From Antedon mediterranea (taxonomy: Eukaryota; Animalia; Echinodermata), in NCBI RefSeq assembly GCF_964355755.1, contig NC_092670.1, positions 4,764,201 through 4,828,200 on the forward strand: DNA of 64,000 nt, read 5' to 3'. The position numbers and the translations under genes are program-made. Within the stretch, counting starts at the first letter, position 1, and the number at the start of each line of letters is the position of its first letter. The notes under the pieces are model-generated. The model was not told where the DNA came from. It ran no database searches and saw nothing but the letters and a program-made list of their open reading frames with translations. This document shows positions 26,196-38,868 of the stretch, piece after piece.

Positions 26196-29100
26196 TAGAC
26201 TAGGCTATGAATGAGGTAGGTGCCACCCGGAGAGGTAGAAATTCTCATATAACTTTTCTAGACCAGTTTTTTCTGGGGAATCCAAATATATTGGGTAAAC
26301 GGGCTGTAACCTGAGAACTTTCGCGTGAGGGCGCTTTTTTCAAAATGGCTGCCAGTTACAGTAGACTATGATATCTTGGCAACCACTGGTCATAGAGAGT
26401 TGATTTTGGTGTCAAATTATTCGGAATGTACATGTTCCTATTTGATGTAATAGAACATTTTGTCAGAAAATGGCCGGAAATACCTCTATTGACCTTTGAC
26501 CCAATATCTAACAGATATCATATCTCCGTAACTACTGGACACAGAAAGTTGTAATTGGTGTCAAACTCTCCAAAATATAGATGTTTATATTCAAACTATT
26601 AGAACATTATCTGTAAAAATGACCGGAAATAACGTTACTGACCTTTGACCCAAAATGAAAGACATTTCTCCTATCTGATCACGTTAATCCTGTCAATTAA
26701 TTCATTTTGTGCCAATTGGAGGTTGACATTCTCATATTATTTTCTTGACCAGTTTTTCATGTGCAATCCGAGTAATATGAGATAAATAAGCCATAACAAG
26801 GCCAAGAATTTAATTCTTTTACTACATACATGCTTCCCTTTAGTGTTTCAGTCTGTATGTCGTGTATTAATCTTCAAGATCGCTCACATCACTGCAATCT
26901 GAAAAGTCTTCATATTCATTATGTGTAAACAGTTCCTGGACATCAGTGGGCATCACTGTCTCAATCCATTTAGGCTCCATTTGTTCGTTCCATCCATTGT
27001 GTGTACTGTTGTTGACAAAATCATTGACGTCTGCTGATTGCTATTCTTTAGTAATGAAGTTTGCTCTAAGTATATGAAACTCAAGGGTCTGCTGACATAG
27101 TGGCAGTAATGATATATCTGTAATCTTGTTGTGTCTGGAAAACTTTCTGTTGAAGATATCATATCTTGCTTGATTTACACTTTTCCCCTTCACTCCATAC
27201 AATGGTGAAACATACTCTTCAAGTTCCTCATACAACTCTTTTGATGGAACATCTGACACTCCAAGGTTGCAGAATGTGTCAACACATTTTGTTTGATTCC
27301 AGAAGCTTCCAGCAGGTACATTTTCCTTTCCGAACGAAAGCGGAGTTATACTTGTTACCTGTGAAAGCATGGAATCCAATAAGGGATGATTTCTGCGCTT
27401 TTGTTAAATCAATGTCACTCAATTTCAGTACATTTCGGTATTTCCCAGTGTTTGTATCAATAATTACCCTCTGCCCATCATCAATGAAATGAGATAGTGA
27501 AATGACTGGAATGTCAAAGTCTCCAGAATGGGAACGAATTATTGCTACGCCTTGATTGTTATTTGTTAAAGCATGCTTTGCATGCAGGATGACTTTCGTG
27601 TCGGCTTCTTCTTGACTACTATTAAGCTCCGGAACCAATACAACATCTCAGTTAGTAACGTAGATGCATTCTTTGTACGATGAAAAGTAGATAACATCAC
27701 TCCTCATATCTGTTAGAATGCTTTCTTTCTTTGACACTAGTACACAGCGAATAAGCTCAATCAATCTGGTCTTGTTTTTGCCGTTGGCAAGGAAATTGTT
27801 AAAATCACGGGGCAACTTTGATATTTTTGAGCTTACAATTACTTTTGGTGCAATACCGCGTCTGTTTCTCGCAGTGCTCGACCAGGATCCATAACATCAT
27901 CTCACTTTATTTTCGAATAGTGGGAAGAAACTCGAAATCAAGGCAAATGGGAAAGTAAGAGTAATATAAGCTAATCGGGATGTTTTAGGAAAGCTTCTTG
28001 CCACCTCAACAAAGCTTGGTAGAATAATTGACTTTAAGAAAGCCTTTGAGTATCCACTTACCCCTGTCCCGCTAAGCCTTGCTAATGCAGATGGGACAAG
28101 ACGAACAACTCAGAAAATTGTCCTAATGGAAATTCTCATCGAAAGTTCAACAGATGTTATAGATCCTGGTCGGGCACTGCCAGCAAAGGCTACTGTCATT
28201 GCCTATGTTGTTGACTTGATGGCATTAATCAGAACATTTACATCTTACCCTGATACGTACGAGGATCTTGTAGCAAAGGTTTTCAACAGCATCCCTAAAG
28301 GATACAAGCGTGTTGATATTGTTACCGATGCATACCTACCAAAAAGCATTAAGTCTGTTGAGAGAAACATACGCGGTATTGCACCAAAAGTAATTGTAAG
28401 CTCAACAATATCAAAGTTGGCCCGTGATTTCAACAATTTCCTTGCCAACGGCGAGAACAAGACCAGATTGATTGAGCTTATTCGCTGTGTACTAGTGTCA
28501 AAGAAAGAAAGCATTCTAACAGATATGAGGAGTGATGTTATCTACTTTTCATCGTACAAAGAATACATCTACGTTACTAACTAAGATGTTGTATTGGTTC
28601 CGGAGCTTAATAGTAGCCGGAAGAAGAAGCCTACACGAAAGTCATCCTGCATGCAAAGCATGCTTTAACAAATAACAATCAAGGCGTAGCAATAATTCGT
28701 TCCCATTCTGGAGACATTGATATTCCAGTCATTGCACTATCTAGTTTCATAGATGATGGGCAGAGGGTAATTATTGATACAAACACTGGGAAATACCGAA
28801 AGGTACTGAAATTGAGTGACATTGATTTAACAAAAGCGCAGAAATCATCCCTTATTGGATTCCATGCTTTCACAGGTAACGATTATAACTCCGCTTTCTT
28901 TCGGAAAGGAAAACGTACCTGCTGGAAGCTTCTGGAATCAAAAGCAAAATTTGTTGACACATTCTGCAACCTTGGAGTGTCAGATGTTCCATCAAAAGAG
29001 TTGTATGAGGAATTTGAAGAGTATGTTTCACTATTGTATGGAGTGAAGGGGAAAAGTGTAAATCAACCAAGATATGATATCTTCAACAGAAAGTTTTCCA

Positions 29101-30042
29101 GACACAACAAGATTACAGATATATAATTACTGCCACTATGTCAGCAGACCCTTGAGTTTCATATACTTAGAGCACACTTCATTACTAAAGAATGGCAATC
29201 AGCAGACGTCAATGATTTTGTCAACAACAGTACACACAATGGATGGAACGAACAAATGGAGCCTAAATGGATTGAGACAGTGATTCCCACTGATGTCCAG
29301 GAACTGTTTACACATAATGAATATGAAGACTTTTCAGATTGCAGTGATGTGAGCGATCTTGAAGATTAATACACGACATACAGTCTGAAACACTAAAGGG
29401 AAGCATGTATGTAGTAAAAGAATTAAATTCTTGGCCTTGTTATGGCTTATTTATCTCATATATTCGGATTGCACATGAAAAACTGGTCCAGAAAATAATA
29501 TGAGAATGTCAACCTCCAATTGGCACAAAATGAATTAATTGACAAGATTAACGTGATCAGATGGGAGAAATGTCTTGCATTTTGGGTCAAAGGTCAGTAA
29601 CGTTATTTCCGGTCATTTTTACAGATAATGTTCTATTAGTCTGAATATAAACATCTATATTCTGGAGAGTTTGACACCAATTACAACTTTCTGTGTCGAG
29701 TAGTTACGGAGATATGATATCTGTTAGATATTGGGTCAAAGGTCAATAGAGGTATTTCCGGCCATTTTCTGACAAAATGTTCTATTACATCAAATAGGAA
29801 CATGTACATTCCGAATAATTTGACACCAAAATCACCTCTCTATGACCAGTGGTTGCCAAGATATCATAGTCTACTGTAACTGGCAGCCATTTTTTAAAAA
29901 GCGCCCTCACGCGAAAGTTCTCAGGTTACAGCCCGTTTACCCAATATATTTGGATTCCCCAGAAAAAACTGGTCTAGAAAAGTCATATGAGAATTTCTAC
30001 CTCTCCGGGTGGCACCTACCTCATTCATAGCCTTATAGTCTA
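26196..30042. mobile_element. Palindromic Academ-derived element (two 3' ends head to head) with 3-bp TSD
   Basis: 26196-27870 is the reverse complement of 28362-30042. Ends are TAGACTA...TAGTCTA with TTT on both sides. The empty site GTACAC-TTT-AGGAAATCTG is present at 25391-25409. Confidence 0.9.
27900..29368 (+). pseudogene. Academ transposase C-terminal region (XPG/FEN1-like nuclease domain), disrupted
   Basis: YPLTPVPLSL, VDLMAL, DIVTDAY..SIKSVER, GENKTRL, EEAxTKVILHA, HAFTGNDYNSAFFRKGK motifs with stops and frameshifts; inverted copy at 26870-27870. Confidence 0.8.
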
Positions 30043-30992
30043 TTTAGGAAATCTGTGAGAATGATTGTATATTAATAACTATTACGCCATCTTAATGGTT
30101 ACGGCATGTTATCTTATTAAACGTCATTTTGCGGTTGCGATTATTATTGACCTGGTAATACTTAGAACATGATTACAAAATGGAATGCTCATTAAAGCTT
30201 GGTTCCAATTAGAACGTAACGCAAGGACGTAAACGCAACGCAAGCGTTTTAACCAATGACAAGCGAAGTTATAGACAGTTAAGCGTGGTTCCCACTAGCG
30301 ACGCAACGCAAGGACGTAACGCAACGCAAGTGGATTGACCAATCACAAGCGATGGCTTATTCGCTTGTGATTGCTAACTGTCTATAACTTCGCTTGTCAT
30401 TGGTTAACACACTTGCGTTGCGTTTACGTCCTTGCGTTGCGTTCTAGTGGGAACCAAGCTTTAGCACAAGCGAATAAGCCATCGCTTGTGATGGGTCAAT
30501 TCACTTGCGTTGCCGTTACGTCCTTGTGTTGCGTCGCTAGTGGGAACCACGCTTAAGCGTGGTTCCCACTAGCGACGCAACGTAACGCAATATACGCAAC
30601 GTAAGAAAATGCCATTCTAATAATTGTGTTTGCCCCGCTTTCGTGAAATCAAACCTGCAATGTTTGCCAGCACTGTTGCGTCGTCGGTTCTCACTTGTGA
30701 TTACGCGATACAGCACTTTGCGTCGATACGTCGCTGCGTTGCCTTCTAGTGGGAACCAAGCTTTACCGTAATATAACGGTACGTCGTTGTTATGACGTTT
30801 GTGGTATTTTATTGTGAACTATGGTTTAAAATTAATAATGGTTGGGCCGAGGATTTTGCCGATACCCACCCATGGGACTGTATCAGTTTCCCATTCGTTT
30901 CTATTCGCAATGCAACAAATTAGTAATTCATTCATTTATTCATGTTCTAAAAATGTTGTGAAATTATACTTGTCGTTTGTGTTTTGCAGGAC

Positions 30993-31880
30993 ATGATGAT
31001 GAAGCCAGTTCTATATTACATGTTCGTGTGCCAAAGCGTTTTTGTAGTTACCAAAGCTGAACATCATAGGGATAATTTTACTGCAGTGGTTGAAACACAT
31101 TTTGAAGCAAAACACAGCTTCGGTCATGTTCCTACAAATGAATTTAACACCTCAGTTATAAAAGACGGATATAGATATACTGACGGTGACTTAAAAATAT
31201 CTTTAACTGATACCAAAACATTGTTGTTAACATATACATTACCCCGAGTGAAGAACACCGACTATGGGGAGTATATGATTATCCTGCAGGGCCTCAATAA
31301 CCATTTTACATATGACTTCTTACTTAGTGTTGTTAAAGAGGCAAGAACACCCGAAAATAATCCACCACAATACAACGCTACGCTTAGATGTGACTTAAAA
31401 GTCGATTTTCTTTGCAATGGTATATCCGAGATCAATCTTGTTCGAGAAAGTAACGTAATCAATTGTGCGGTGTCAACAGCAAATTGTAATATCACTTATC
31501 ACGAAGGAAAGGCAGTTTTAATTTTTTTTAGCGTGGCAAATGAGACTGAAGGCAATTATTTACTCCGATGTGCTTCAAATAGCAGTGATTATTACTATTA
31601 TAAGTTTAAGATCGTGGTAAACAACAGCTCACCGTGTGATCAACTTAGGCCTACATTAACACGTTCACCACCGCCGCTCAGTACATATAAACAAGGAAAT
31701 CATTCAAGTAATCAGATCGATTCCCACATGTCAATTGCAAAGAATACTGATGTTATACTAGTTAGTGTTGTTGCCTTGTGTTGTCTACTCATCACATGCC
31801 TTATAGGGTTTATTATCATTTACAAAAAGCGAATGTGTAGGCCTAAACATACTAATGAGCCTACACCTGAACAAGTTTGA
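30993..31880 (+). CDS. Type I membrane protein with two Ig-like domains (cluster copy 3), 295 aa
   Basis: Acceptor TTTTGCAG ends 30989; signal peptide; Cys-free domain 1 with DYGEY; domain 2 YNATLRC..FLC..INCAVSTANC..HEGK..EGNYLLRC..FKIVVNNSSPC; TM VILVSVVALCCLLITCLIGFIIIY; tail ends TPEQV. Confidence 0.9.
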   Translation: MMMKPVLYYMFVCQSVFVVTKAEHHRDNFTAVVETHFEAKHSFGHVPTNEFNTSVIKDGYRYTDGDLKISLTDTKTLLLTYTLPRVKNTDYGEYMIILQGLNNHFTYDFLLSVVKEARTPENNPPQYNATLRCDLKVDFLCNGISEINLVRESNVINCAVSTANCNITYHEGKAVLIFFSVANETEGNYLLRCASNSSDYYYYKFKIVVNNSSPCDQLRPTLTRSPPPLSTYKQGNHSSNQIDSHMSIAKNTDVILVSVVALCCLLITCLIGFIIIYKKRMCRPKHTNEPTPEQV

Positions 31881-32637
31881 TTATTAACTCCAAACAATGT
31901 TTAGATTATTGCATGCTTTATCCCAAATGATTACACGATAAAGCAAAAACCCATGGGACAAGGGACGCATGTATTTAAAAGAATAACGGTTACCCAAAGA
32001 GTTATAACGTCACCACCATTCGACAATCCAGTATCGGTAAATAAAAAAACATAGGCCTAGAGCAATTACCAAGAAAGATTTGTATTGTCATACTTATTAT
32101 CCAAGGACAATACCTGAATGGAATAAATTGTGGGTGGATCAGAATCGGTCCGCGGAATTTTTTTTTTCTGAACGTCTGAGGTAGAAATAATAAATAACGC
32201 ATAAATGATGACAAAATTAGGACATTTTGGATGATATGCAGTTGGTTTTCTGCAAGCCAGCTCTGTGGCTAAATGGTACTGGGTTCAAAACCCTTCAAAA
32301 TTTACTACAGAATGTAAATAAAGTATAGTAGAGAGATTAGAGCATTAGCGCTTAGTTACGGAATTCTTTTTGAAACAAAAAAATAATTAATCTCATTTAA
32401 ATTCGCGACTACTGGGTCACAAAAACTTGACCAAACATTGCCAATTTAAAAGACAAATTAATGTTACGCTATTGGAAATAATGAGTGCATAAAAGCACAC
32501 TTCATTATTAATCAATCAATCAATTGGGCACTTCACACATGACGAAAGTACAATAGCAAACATTGGTGTTTGTACGTCAGATTATGTTTATAGTGTCGTC
32601 TGATCACATTCATTTTGACATTGTTGATAAAGAGCAG

Positions 32638-32821
32638 TGGCCGTATTCACCATTCGCACTTAGGTTAAGGGAAACACTTAAAATAAAAAAAAATCTCCTA
32701 TTTATACAATTTAAGGGAAATATAACCTATATACCAAATACTAAAATATTTATTGAGTTAAGTGAAATACTTAATATTCAAGGGAAATATCCCACTTAAG
32801 TGTGATTGGTGAATACGGCCA
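32638..32821. mobile_element. MITE with 3-bp CAG TSD (Harbinger-like)
   Basis: CAG-TGGCCGTATTCACCA...TGGTGAATACGGCCA-CAG; degenerate relative near 6110-6250. Confidence 0.8.
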
Positions 32822-33611
32822 CAGGATTCTAAAACCACTCGGGACAACCAATGAATGTATCACAGTCTTGTTCTTTTTTTTGTATATAAGTTTATAAAAG
32901 TTTTAAAACTTTTTTTTAACGTCATGTATACGAATATTGCTTCTATAATGATACAGAGCGATCACAGCAAACATCTTGACGTTTTACTACATTATTTTGC
33001 TAAGTTTACATTACCATACTTTTGTATATAATTATGCTAGTAAGTTTATGATTTGTACAGATCATTAGGAACATAGAAGGTGAGATTGTTTACCTCCACT
33101 ATTCAAAATAATACTAATGACTTCCAGGATGGTCGAAGTAGGCCTATATTAATCGAAAAATGTCCAGAAACTCAACAGTTCTTTTTTGTAGCCGACACGT
33201 TGTATATCGCAAACTTTATATCGACTTCCATTTTAGTATTAGATTTTAACAGACAAGAATGGTATTAGCTTACAAGAAGTAGACTTAATAGACTTAATTG
33301 ATCTGTTTTGAAGAGAGGTGGCTTTCCAGAATTCATTGTTTATCAGTGAGCAGGTAGGCGAAATTTCAAATACGTCTAACGGGTTATTTCCTAAAAAAGA
33401 GCTCAACCAGTGTTTTGTATTTTTTCTAATAAAAAAATAATTATATTTACAATGCTAACATTATGTTTACTGTTTATTTGGATATTTGAATTTACTACAG
33501 GGCGCGTAGTCGAATATATCAATATTTCGATATTTAACTTGTCTCCGGTAGAAAAATTGTAGCAAGTTAATAAAATGTAGTTGATAACACTTTATTATAA
33601 TAAAAACTCTA

Positions 33612-34080
33612 GATTAGTATGCGGCAATGGAAAAGAATCCTTGCTGGTTGATTTTTGTTCTTTGTGAACACGGTGGTAAAACGTTTTTCCAGAAGTGAAT
33701 GTACAATAGATTTTTGTTAAATATTTTCTATGAAATGTTATATAATTGCGGAATATATTATCATGATTGTATAAATGCCTGTTCTTTAGTCCATGATTTA
33801 ATCAAGTTTTCTTTAGTCTGTGTACCGTCCGATCGTGCATGATTAATATGCGGCTATGGAAAAGAATCCTTGCTGGTATAATAACGCATGGTTGATTTTT
33901 GTTCTTTGTGAACATGGTGGTAAAACGTTTTTCCAGAAGTGAATGTACAATAGATTTTTGTTAAATATTTTCTATGAAATGTTATATAATTGCGGAATAT
34001 ATTATCATGATTGTATAAATGCCTGTTCTTTAGTCCATGATTTAATCAAGTTTTCTTTAGTCTGTGTACATCCGATCGTG
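33612..34080 (+). repeat. Tandem duplication of about 230 bp
   Basis: 33612-33838 is repeated at 33841-34080 with a small indel. Confidence 0.92.
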
Positions 34081-34784
34081 TGAGGGGGATATCCATGATC
34101 TACGCTAACACATTTCCAATGCAAACATCGTATCGCGGATTAATCATTTAATATTCTGATTTATATTCTTTCATGTAACGAAATGCACTCGGAAAGGAGT
34201 TCAATAGAGTAGTTATTGGATATCATGTGACCCACAATCCTTCAATTGGACAATAATCTACTAAAGTGTGTTATAATAGAGTTATAACAGTAACGTGATA
34301 CCGTGTGATTTTTCAGATAGAATTCTTGTATTAAACGGAAAGAAAAATATTGTATTTTAACACCTTATTTTCTGAATTAAGTCAATCCTGTTTTTGATAA
34401 AAATAAAAATAAATTTTCTTTAATATTATTGTTTAATGTAAATAAATGTCATGTACAGTGATTTAATAAAGCACTATTTACATTATATTTTTGTTGCTTA
34501 TAATTAATTTAATTAGAAAGTCAATAGCTTATCCTTCCTAATAACATAACTTCGATATAAGAAAAGTAGAATATGTAAATAATTTCACGTCAAGTAATGT
34601 AAAATGAGTGCGGTACCCATGTAGTCCCCTCCCCCTCTTCATATCTTCCCTCGCTTACGGTACAGTAAACATATTGACTCAACATTTTTAAATTGTGTCT
34701 AAAAATACTTACAATGTACAATAGACACCCAAATAAGACCAAAAAGAGCGGGTGCTTGTCAATTTGGTTACCAATTGTCTTAAG

Positions 34785-36440
34785 GGGTAGTTGTGCTATG
34801 GGATAGTTGTACTAAAGGAAAATTGTACTATGAGATAGTTGTCCTAGGGTAATTGTTCTAGGGATTAGTTGCTTTAGGGGTAGTTATCCTAGGTGGTAAC
34901 TGTTCAGGTGGTAGTTATCCTATGGGGAATTATCCCGGGGGTAATTGTCTGGGTGGTAGTTATCCTTGGGGTAGCATGGGGGTAATTGTCCGGGTGGTAG
35001 TTATCCTAGTTGTAGTTATCTTGGGATAATTTTCCGGGTGGTAGTTACTCTAGGGGTAGCATGGGGGTAATTATCTGGGTGATAGTTATCCTGGGGTAAT
35101 GTTTTCCAGGGGTAGGCCTGTTATCATGAGGGTAATTTTCCGGGTGGTAGTTACGTAGGGGTAGTTATCCTGGAGGTAATTGTTTGGGTGGTAGTTATCC
35201 TGGGGGTAATTGTCCGGGTGGTAATTATCCTAGGGGTAGCATGGGGGTAATTTTCCGGGTGGTAGTTATCCTAGGGGTAGTTATCCCGGGGGTAATTGTC
35301 TGGGTGGTAGTTATCCTTGGGGTAGCATGGGGGTAATTGTCCGGGTGGTAGTTATCCTAGTTGTAGTTATCTTGGGATAATTTTCCGGGTGGTAGTTACT
35401 CTAGGGGTAGCATGGGGGTAATTATCTGGGTGATAGTTATCCTGGGGTAATGTTTTCCAGGGGTAGGCCTGTTATCATGAGGGTAATTTTCCGGGTGGTA
35501 GTTACGTAGGGGTAGTTATCCTGGAGGTAATTGTCCGGGTGGTAGTTATCCTTGGGGTAATTGTCCGGGTGGTAGTTATCCCGGGGGTAATTGTCCGGGT
35601 GGTAGTTATCCTTGGGGTAGCATGGAGGTAATTGTCCGGGTGGTAGTTCTCCTAGTTATCTTGGGGTAATTTTCCGGGTGGTAGTTATCCTAGGGGTAAT
35701 TGTCTGGGTGGTAGTTATCCTGGGGTAATTTCTGGGTGAGTTTTCCAGTGGTAGGCCTAGTTATCCTGAGGGTAATTGTCCGGGTGGTAGTTACGTAGGG
35801 GTAGTTATCCTGGAAGTAATTGTCCGGGTGGTAGTTGTCCGGGTGGTAGTTATCCTGGGGCTATTGTCCGGGTGGTAGTTGTCCGGGTGGTAGTTATCCT
35901 TAGGGTAATTGTCCGGTTGGTAATTGTCCGGGTGATAGTTATCCTGGGGGTAGTTGTCCGGGTGGTAGTTATCCTGGGGGTAATTGTCCGGGTGGTAGTT
36001 ATCCTAGGGGTAGCATGGGGTAATTTTCCGGGTGGTAGTTATCCTAGTTGTAGTTATCTTGGGATAATTTTCCGGGTGGCAGTTATCCTAGGGGTAGCAT
36101 GGGGGTAATTATCTGGGTGGTAGTTATCCTGGGGTAATGTTTTCCTGGAGGTAATTGTACGGTGGTAGCTGTCCGGGTGGTAGCTGTCCGGGTGGTAGTT
36201 ATCCTGGGACTATTGTCCGGGTGGTAGTTGTCCGGGTGGTAGTTATCCTTGGGGTAATTGTCCGGTTGGTAGTTGTCCGGCTGGTAGTTATCCTTTGGGG
36301 GTAATTGTCCGGGTGGTAGTTGTCTGGCTGAAGTTATCCTGTGATTAATCGTCCGGGTGGTAGTTGTCCGGGTGGTAGTTGTCCGGGTGGTAGTTATCCT
36401 GGGGGTAATTGTCCGGGTGAGTTTTCCAGTGTTAGTTGTC
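34785..36440. repeat. G-rich 15/30-bp satellite with a higher-order duplication of about 350 bp
   Basis: Core GGGTGGTAGTTATCC / TGGGGGTAATTGTCC; the block at 34942 recurs at 35292. Confidence 0.93.
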
Positions 36441-36462
36441 CAGATACTGGAAAATTCAGATG

Positions 36463-36502
36463 ATGTAACCATGGAGGAAATATATTTCCTCCATGATGTA
36501 AC
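36463..36502. mobile_element. P-element-like excision footprint (26-bp palindrome plus 7-bp TSD)
   Basis: ATGTAAC-[CATGGAGGAAATATATTTCCTCCATG]-ATGTAAC. Confidence 0.75.
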
Positions 36503-38229
36503 ATATAAAGCCTATTGGAATTTAAAACAGCTATTTATAAAGTTTTATAAAATTTCCCGTAGATAATATATAAGCATATATCTAATTAGTCTGGTATATT
36601 TTCTGAAGAAGAACTTGATATCAACGTCAATGTTTTCTCAGCATCAGAGTGATTCTCGTTTACAGCGACTGTTAAATTTACCGATACCGTAATTCATTAT
36701 GTGAGTACAATCATCATGTGTAATTAACTTCCTATTTAAAACTACACTAAGGGTTAAGCATAATGCAGAGCAATTAGGCCACAGAGCACCGACATAATGA
36801 AACGGAAAAATATCGTTTGGGGGTGGGGGGGGGGGGGGGGAGGAGGTTAGATCCATAGTTTGGTCATGGAAGTATACAATTAATTGTATATCTTCATGGT
36901 TTGGTTGAGTTGGCACGCTTCTTTTTCAACTTAACCAGCATGACTAACCAAAACATCTCGAAAACTATAGGCATTTACTATAATTATATGCTCATAATTT
37001 GAATATAAAGTCTAATTAGTAATAATTCAGCTAATCACCTAGCATGCTAGTAATAAACACAATTATATTAGGCCTACCTGTGAACAATCAGAGGTAGTTT
37101 TTAACTCAGACGTTTCGTTGTTTCAACTAAACAATACAAAACACATTATTAAATATTACAATCGTTTAAAGTCCCTTAACCTAACCCTTTTGTGTGAACA
37201 AAATTCCGAGGTCAATGTAAACAATCAATAGACCTAAACCATTTATATCTGGCCTACACTGTAGTACAAACATTGTAATTGTGCAGTAAATCAGGAGACA
37301 TTTGTCTAAAGTTGTTAATAATATAAGGTATCAATTGGTAAAAACAATTTAGTCTTGTTCTACTTTATGATTATATGAATGATTATTCAACAATGACCTT
37401 GTCTTAATGAAAATTGTGATGATTTTTATAATGGTAAATTCCATTACATCATCATGGAATTTACCATTATTAATAATGCTATTATCGACAAAAGGCCGAC
37501 ACGACAAAAATAACATTTTATTTTCTTATCTAGGTTGGGTTTTTTGTATGTATTGTGGGGAAGGGGTGTGGGAGCTTGGGGTTCATTGGAGATATTGTAT
37601 GAATCGTTCTTTATAGTCAATATGCCAAAATATGACTATTTGTACTTAATACCAAGGCAATCAAACAACAGGGCGCGATATTTCCTTTCGTACATAAGGG
37701 GACCCCTCGTGAAACGTCACAAAATAAATATGAATATTCATTAGTCATATCCATAAGGTGTGACGTAAGAATTGAGCTAACTACAATTCGGTAATGCAAA
37801 CGATTTCTGTCGAGCCGTCGTCTCGTCTGTGTAGTCGAGTGTATTATTAGTATGGACTGTACATGTCGATGTATGGAGTTCGACTCCCATGAGCTACTTC
37901 TTTTACTTTATAGTGATTATTTAGAGGGTTAGGTTTAGTCATATTTAGGAAGTACTTCGGCTACCTTTCACATGGGGTCCCCAACTTATGTACGAATAAA
38001 AAATTTGCCAAGATGGAAATTGTTAAATGGCATAGACAAAATATTTCAGATTTAATTGTTATTTTATAATAAATATTCATATGATGCTGGGCAAATATTG
38101 TATTGTTTTTACTTGTGTTAATTTGCTAAATACTATTATTTGTTTTTTTAGATCCGCACCTCTGTGCCATACAATCATACTATTTTATTATTATTATAAG
38201 TCTTATTCACTTATTTTTCAGTAGCGAGG

Positions 38230-38688
38230 ATGTTGCCAATAGGCCTATATATGATACTGTTGCAGATAATATATATTATAATATTCTCAGACGCAAGATT
38301 GATTAAAAATGTCACTGAAGGGACTAACAGCAGAGATGTATTAAACACACACTCACCCACACGCTCTGTACAGGCACATTATCAAGCTACGATTGGATGT
38401 GAATTTAAACTTTATTTTTCCTGCACTGGAACACATGAGGATGTATTTCTGGTTCGGGTTCTAGATGATACAAAAATAAATTGTTCATTAGCAACAAACA
38501 ATTGTATTCAGACTAATCATAAAGGCAACACGGTGATAACGTTTCTGAATGTGACACTTGAAAACGCAGGCAATTTTACTTTTCGATGCCACGGAGCAAG
38601 TTCACCTCATCATTACATTTCAACCTTTGAGGTATTTGTTGGTGAGGGCAAATGTAGTGATCATCATGACAATTACAAAGTACTATAA
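38230..38688 (+). CDS. Ig-like receptor cluster copy 4; premature stop before the TM (secreted form or pseudogene), 152 aa
   Basis: Signal peptide; YQATIGC..FSC..INCSLATNNC..HKG..AGNFTFRC..FEVFVGEGKC. TAA at 38686 is followed in frame by AQNDATTKSNSIITSAAIFLIALAVTIGHP* (to 38781). Confidence 0.8.
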   Translation: MLPIGLYMILLQIIYIIIFSDARLIKNVTEGTNSRDVLNTHSPTRSVQAHYQATIGCEFKLYFSCTGTHEDVFLVRVLDDTKINCSLATNNCIQTNHKGNTVITFLNVTLENAGNFTFRCHGASSPHHYISTFEVFVGEGKCSDHHDNYKVL

Positions 38689-38779
38689 GCCCAAAACGAC
38701 GCTACAACTAAATCAAACAGCATCATTACTTCTGCAGCTATATTTCTTATTGCACTAGCTGTTACGATAGGTCATCCAT

Positions 38780-38868
38780 AAACAACAAGGCATAATACAT
38801 TGCTGCAATCGCGTGCTGAAGTTAGGGTTTACCGACCAACCGACCGACCGACATAGTGAGCTGTAGAA
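38780..38868. mobile_element. Short interspersed-repeat fragment with (CCGA)n, Helentron/HINE-like
   Basis: AACAACAAGG...ACCGACCAACCGACCGACCGACATAGTGAGCTGTAGA directly after the TM-coding region of copy 4. Confidence 0.4.

Larger units (their letters stand above)
25004..30660 (+). repeat. Tandem duplication of about 1 kb; the second copy is interrupted by the Academ palindrome
   Basis: 25247-26011 matches 26040-26195 plus 30043-30658. Both copies begin TTGGCTCTAGGCCTATA. Confidence 0.9.

Noticed and set aside
25725-30556. Duplicate 61-aa ORFs at 25725 and 30371
   Set aside because: Chance ORFs within the duplicated MITE cluster.
35872-36566. Val/Arg-rich and Thr/Arg-rich ORFs
   Set aside because: Translations of the G-rich satellite.
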